Positions 46,908-48,236 of a stretch of DNA of 48,236 bases are shown in pieces. The notes below the pieces were generated by a model that worked only from the letters and a program-made list of their open reading frames with translations, searched no databases and was not told the origin of the DNA. The stretch lies in the NCBI GenBank assembly GCA_963978095.1, contig CAXBQP010000021.1:1-48236 (forward strand), written 5' to 3'. Source of the stretch: an uncultured bacterium (lineage in GTDB: Bacteria; Gemmatimonadota; Gemmatimonadetes; Gemmatimonadales; Gemmatimonadaceae). The position numbers and the translations under genes were made by a program. How positions within the stretch are numbered: the stretch's first letter is position 1; every line of letters starts with the position of its first letter.

Positions 46908-48002
46908 ATGCGAATCCTCCCTCTGGCTGCGCTCGCCGCGCTCCTGAGCTCTGCCGCCTCGGCGCAGAGCACCCCCGCTCGTGTCGACCGCGCCGAGCAT
47001 CATCAGTTTGTCCTGAGCAACTTCCGGACGGAGAGCGGCGTGGTCCTCCCGCAAGCGACGGTGGTCTATGGCACCTATGGCCATCTCAACGCCGCGCGGG
47101 ACAACGTCGTCCTGCTACCGTCGCACTACATGGCCAATCACCACGGCTACGAGTGGTTGATCGGACCGGGACTCGCGCTCGACACCACGCGGCTGTTTTT
47201 GGTGGCCACGGAACTGTTCGGGAACGGCAGCTCGTCGTCCCCCAGCAACACCCCCGAACCGTTCCATGGGCCGCGATTCCCGATCATGACGATCCGTGAC
47301 AACGTGCACGCGGTCCATCAGTTGCTGGTGGAGGATCTCAAGATCACGCACCTGCGTGCCGTGATCGGATTCTCGATGGGTGCGCAGCAGGCCTTCCAAT
47401 GGGCCGTCAGCTATCCGACGTTCGCGGACCGCATCGTCGCGACATCGGGCACCGCCAAGACGTATGGCCACGGCATCGTCCGACTCGAGGGGCAGATCGC
47501 GGCGCTGACGTCCGATGCCGCCTTCAAGGCGGGAGAATACACGACGCCGCCGACCCAGGGGCTCGCCGCGTTCGGGATGGTGTGGGCCGCGTGGCTGTAT
47601 TCGCAGGAATGGTGGCGCCGTGAGCTCTGGCGGACGAGCGCTCCCGCCGGAACGACGTTCGAGCAGTACATGCAGTCCTTCCGCACCCGGTTCAGCGCCG
47701 ACGCCAACAATTACATCCTGCAGGCGCGGACCTGGCAACGGCACAACGTGGGCGACACCCCCGGATTCGGTGGGGATGTCGAAAAGGCGCTGCAGTCAAT
47801 CGTGGTACCCGTGCTGTACATGCCGTCGGAGACCGATCTGTACTTCCCGCTCACCGACGCGCGCTACGAGGCGGCGTTCATCCGCAACGTCCAGCTCACG
47901 CCGATACCATCGCTCTGGGGGCACCCGGCGGGCGCGGGCGGCAACCCGGCGGACAAGGCGTTTCTGAATGCCACCATTGGGGCATTCCTCGCCCTTCACT
48001 GA
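46908..48002 (+). CDS. Alpha/beta hydrolase, homoserine O-acetyltransferase-like, with signal peptide
   Basis: YGTYGHLNAARDNV, GNGSSSSPSN, TIRDNV, IGFSMGAQQA, TDLYF, WGH. Confidence 0.85.
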   Translation: MRILPLAALAALLSSAASAQSTPARVDRAEHHQFVLSNFRTESGVVLPQATVVYGTYGHLNAARDNVVLLPSHYMANHHGYEWLIGPGLALDTTRLFLVATELFGNGSSSSPSNTPEPFHGPRFPIMTIRDNVHAVHQLLVEDLKITHLRAVIGFSMGAQQAFQWAVSYPTFADRIVATSGTAKTYGHGIVRLEGQIAALTSDAAFKAGEYTTPPTQGLAAFGMVWAAWLYSQEWWRRELWRTSAPAGTTFEQYMQSFRTRFSADANNYILQARTWQRHNVGDTPGFGGDVEKALQSIVVPVLYMPSETDLYFPLTDARYEAAFIRNVQLTPIPSLWGHPAGAGGNPADKAFLNATIGAFLALH

Positions 48003-48019
48003 TCCGACGCCTTTCACGC

Positions 48020-48236
48020 GTGACCCTTCTCTCCGTATCCAACGTTGGCGTTTCCTTTGGCGCCACGGAACTCTTCAAGGACATCACCTTCACGGTCGCC
48101 GAAGGCGAGCGGTGGGGGATCATCGGTCGCAACGGCGCCGGCAAGACCTCGATCTTCAAGGTCATCACGGGTGAGCTGCAACCCACGGTCGGGTCGGTGG
48201 CGCGCAAACCGGGACTGCGGCACGCCCTGCTCGACC
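48020..48236 (+). CDS. ABC-F family ATP-binding protein, 5' part (runs off window)
   Basis: My translation from GTG 48020: VTLLSVSNVGVSFGATELFKDITFTVAEGERWGIIGRNGAGKTSIFKVITGELQPTVGSV, containing Walker A GRNGAGKT. Confidence 0.85.
   Translation, partial: MTLLSVSNVGVSFGATELFKDITFTVAEGERWGIIGRNGAGKTSIFKVITGELQPTVGSVARKPGLRHALLD

Overview
High-GC (roughly 65-70% by eye) bacterial contig end. Gene content and style suggest Gemmatimonadota, which is an inference and was not tested. Bases 11-68 are an untrimmed Illumina TruSeq P5 adapter, so the left end is an artefact. From left to right the window holds: (1) the start of a Wzy-type exopolysaccharide/capsule locus (priming glycosyltransferase, Wza-like export lipoprotein, Wzc kinase, unknown membrane protein, O-antigen ligase/Wzy-like protein, truncated polysaccharide deacetylase); (2) a divergent PilT homologue with degenerate catalytic motifs, then a CpsB-type phosphatase; (3) a minus-strand run of acyl-CoA ligase, orphan N6-adenine DNA methyltransferase, S9 peptidase and a lipoprotein fusing a c-type heme domain to a PHM/DBH-like copper monooxygenase; (4) secreted GH3 and VPS10/BNR proteins; (5) beta-oxidation genes, a MarR-yceI pair with two clear palindromic operators, an amidohydrolase and an SDR-ACAD-phosphotransferase trio; (6) a ~1360-aa repetitive surface lipoprotein (LamG, 9 Ig-like modules, PxKF-like end); (7) hydrolases, a beta-helix/PA14 protein, three VOC proteins, an FeS-less PhrB-type photolyase, a DUF429-like protein and a truncated ABC-F gene. 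No rRNA, tRNA, CRISPR array or transposase was recognised. The best novelty candidates are the heme c-copper monooxygenase coupled to a peptidase and the pseudo-ATPase PilT inside the EPS locus. All family calls come from motif recognition by eye, not database searches.
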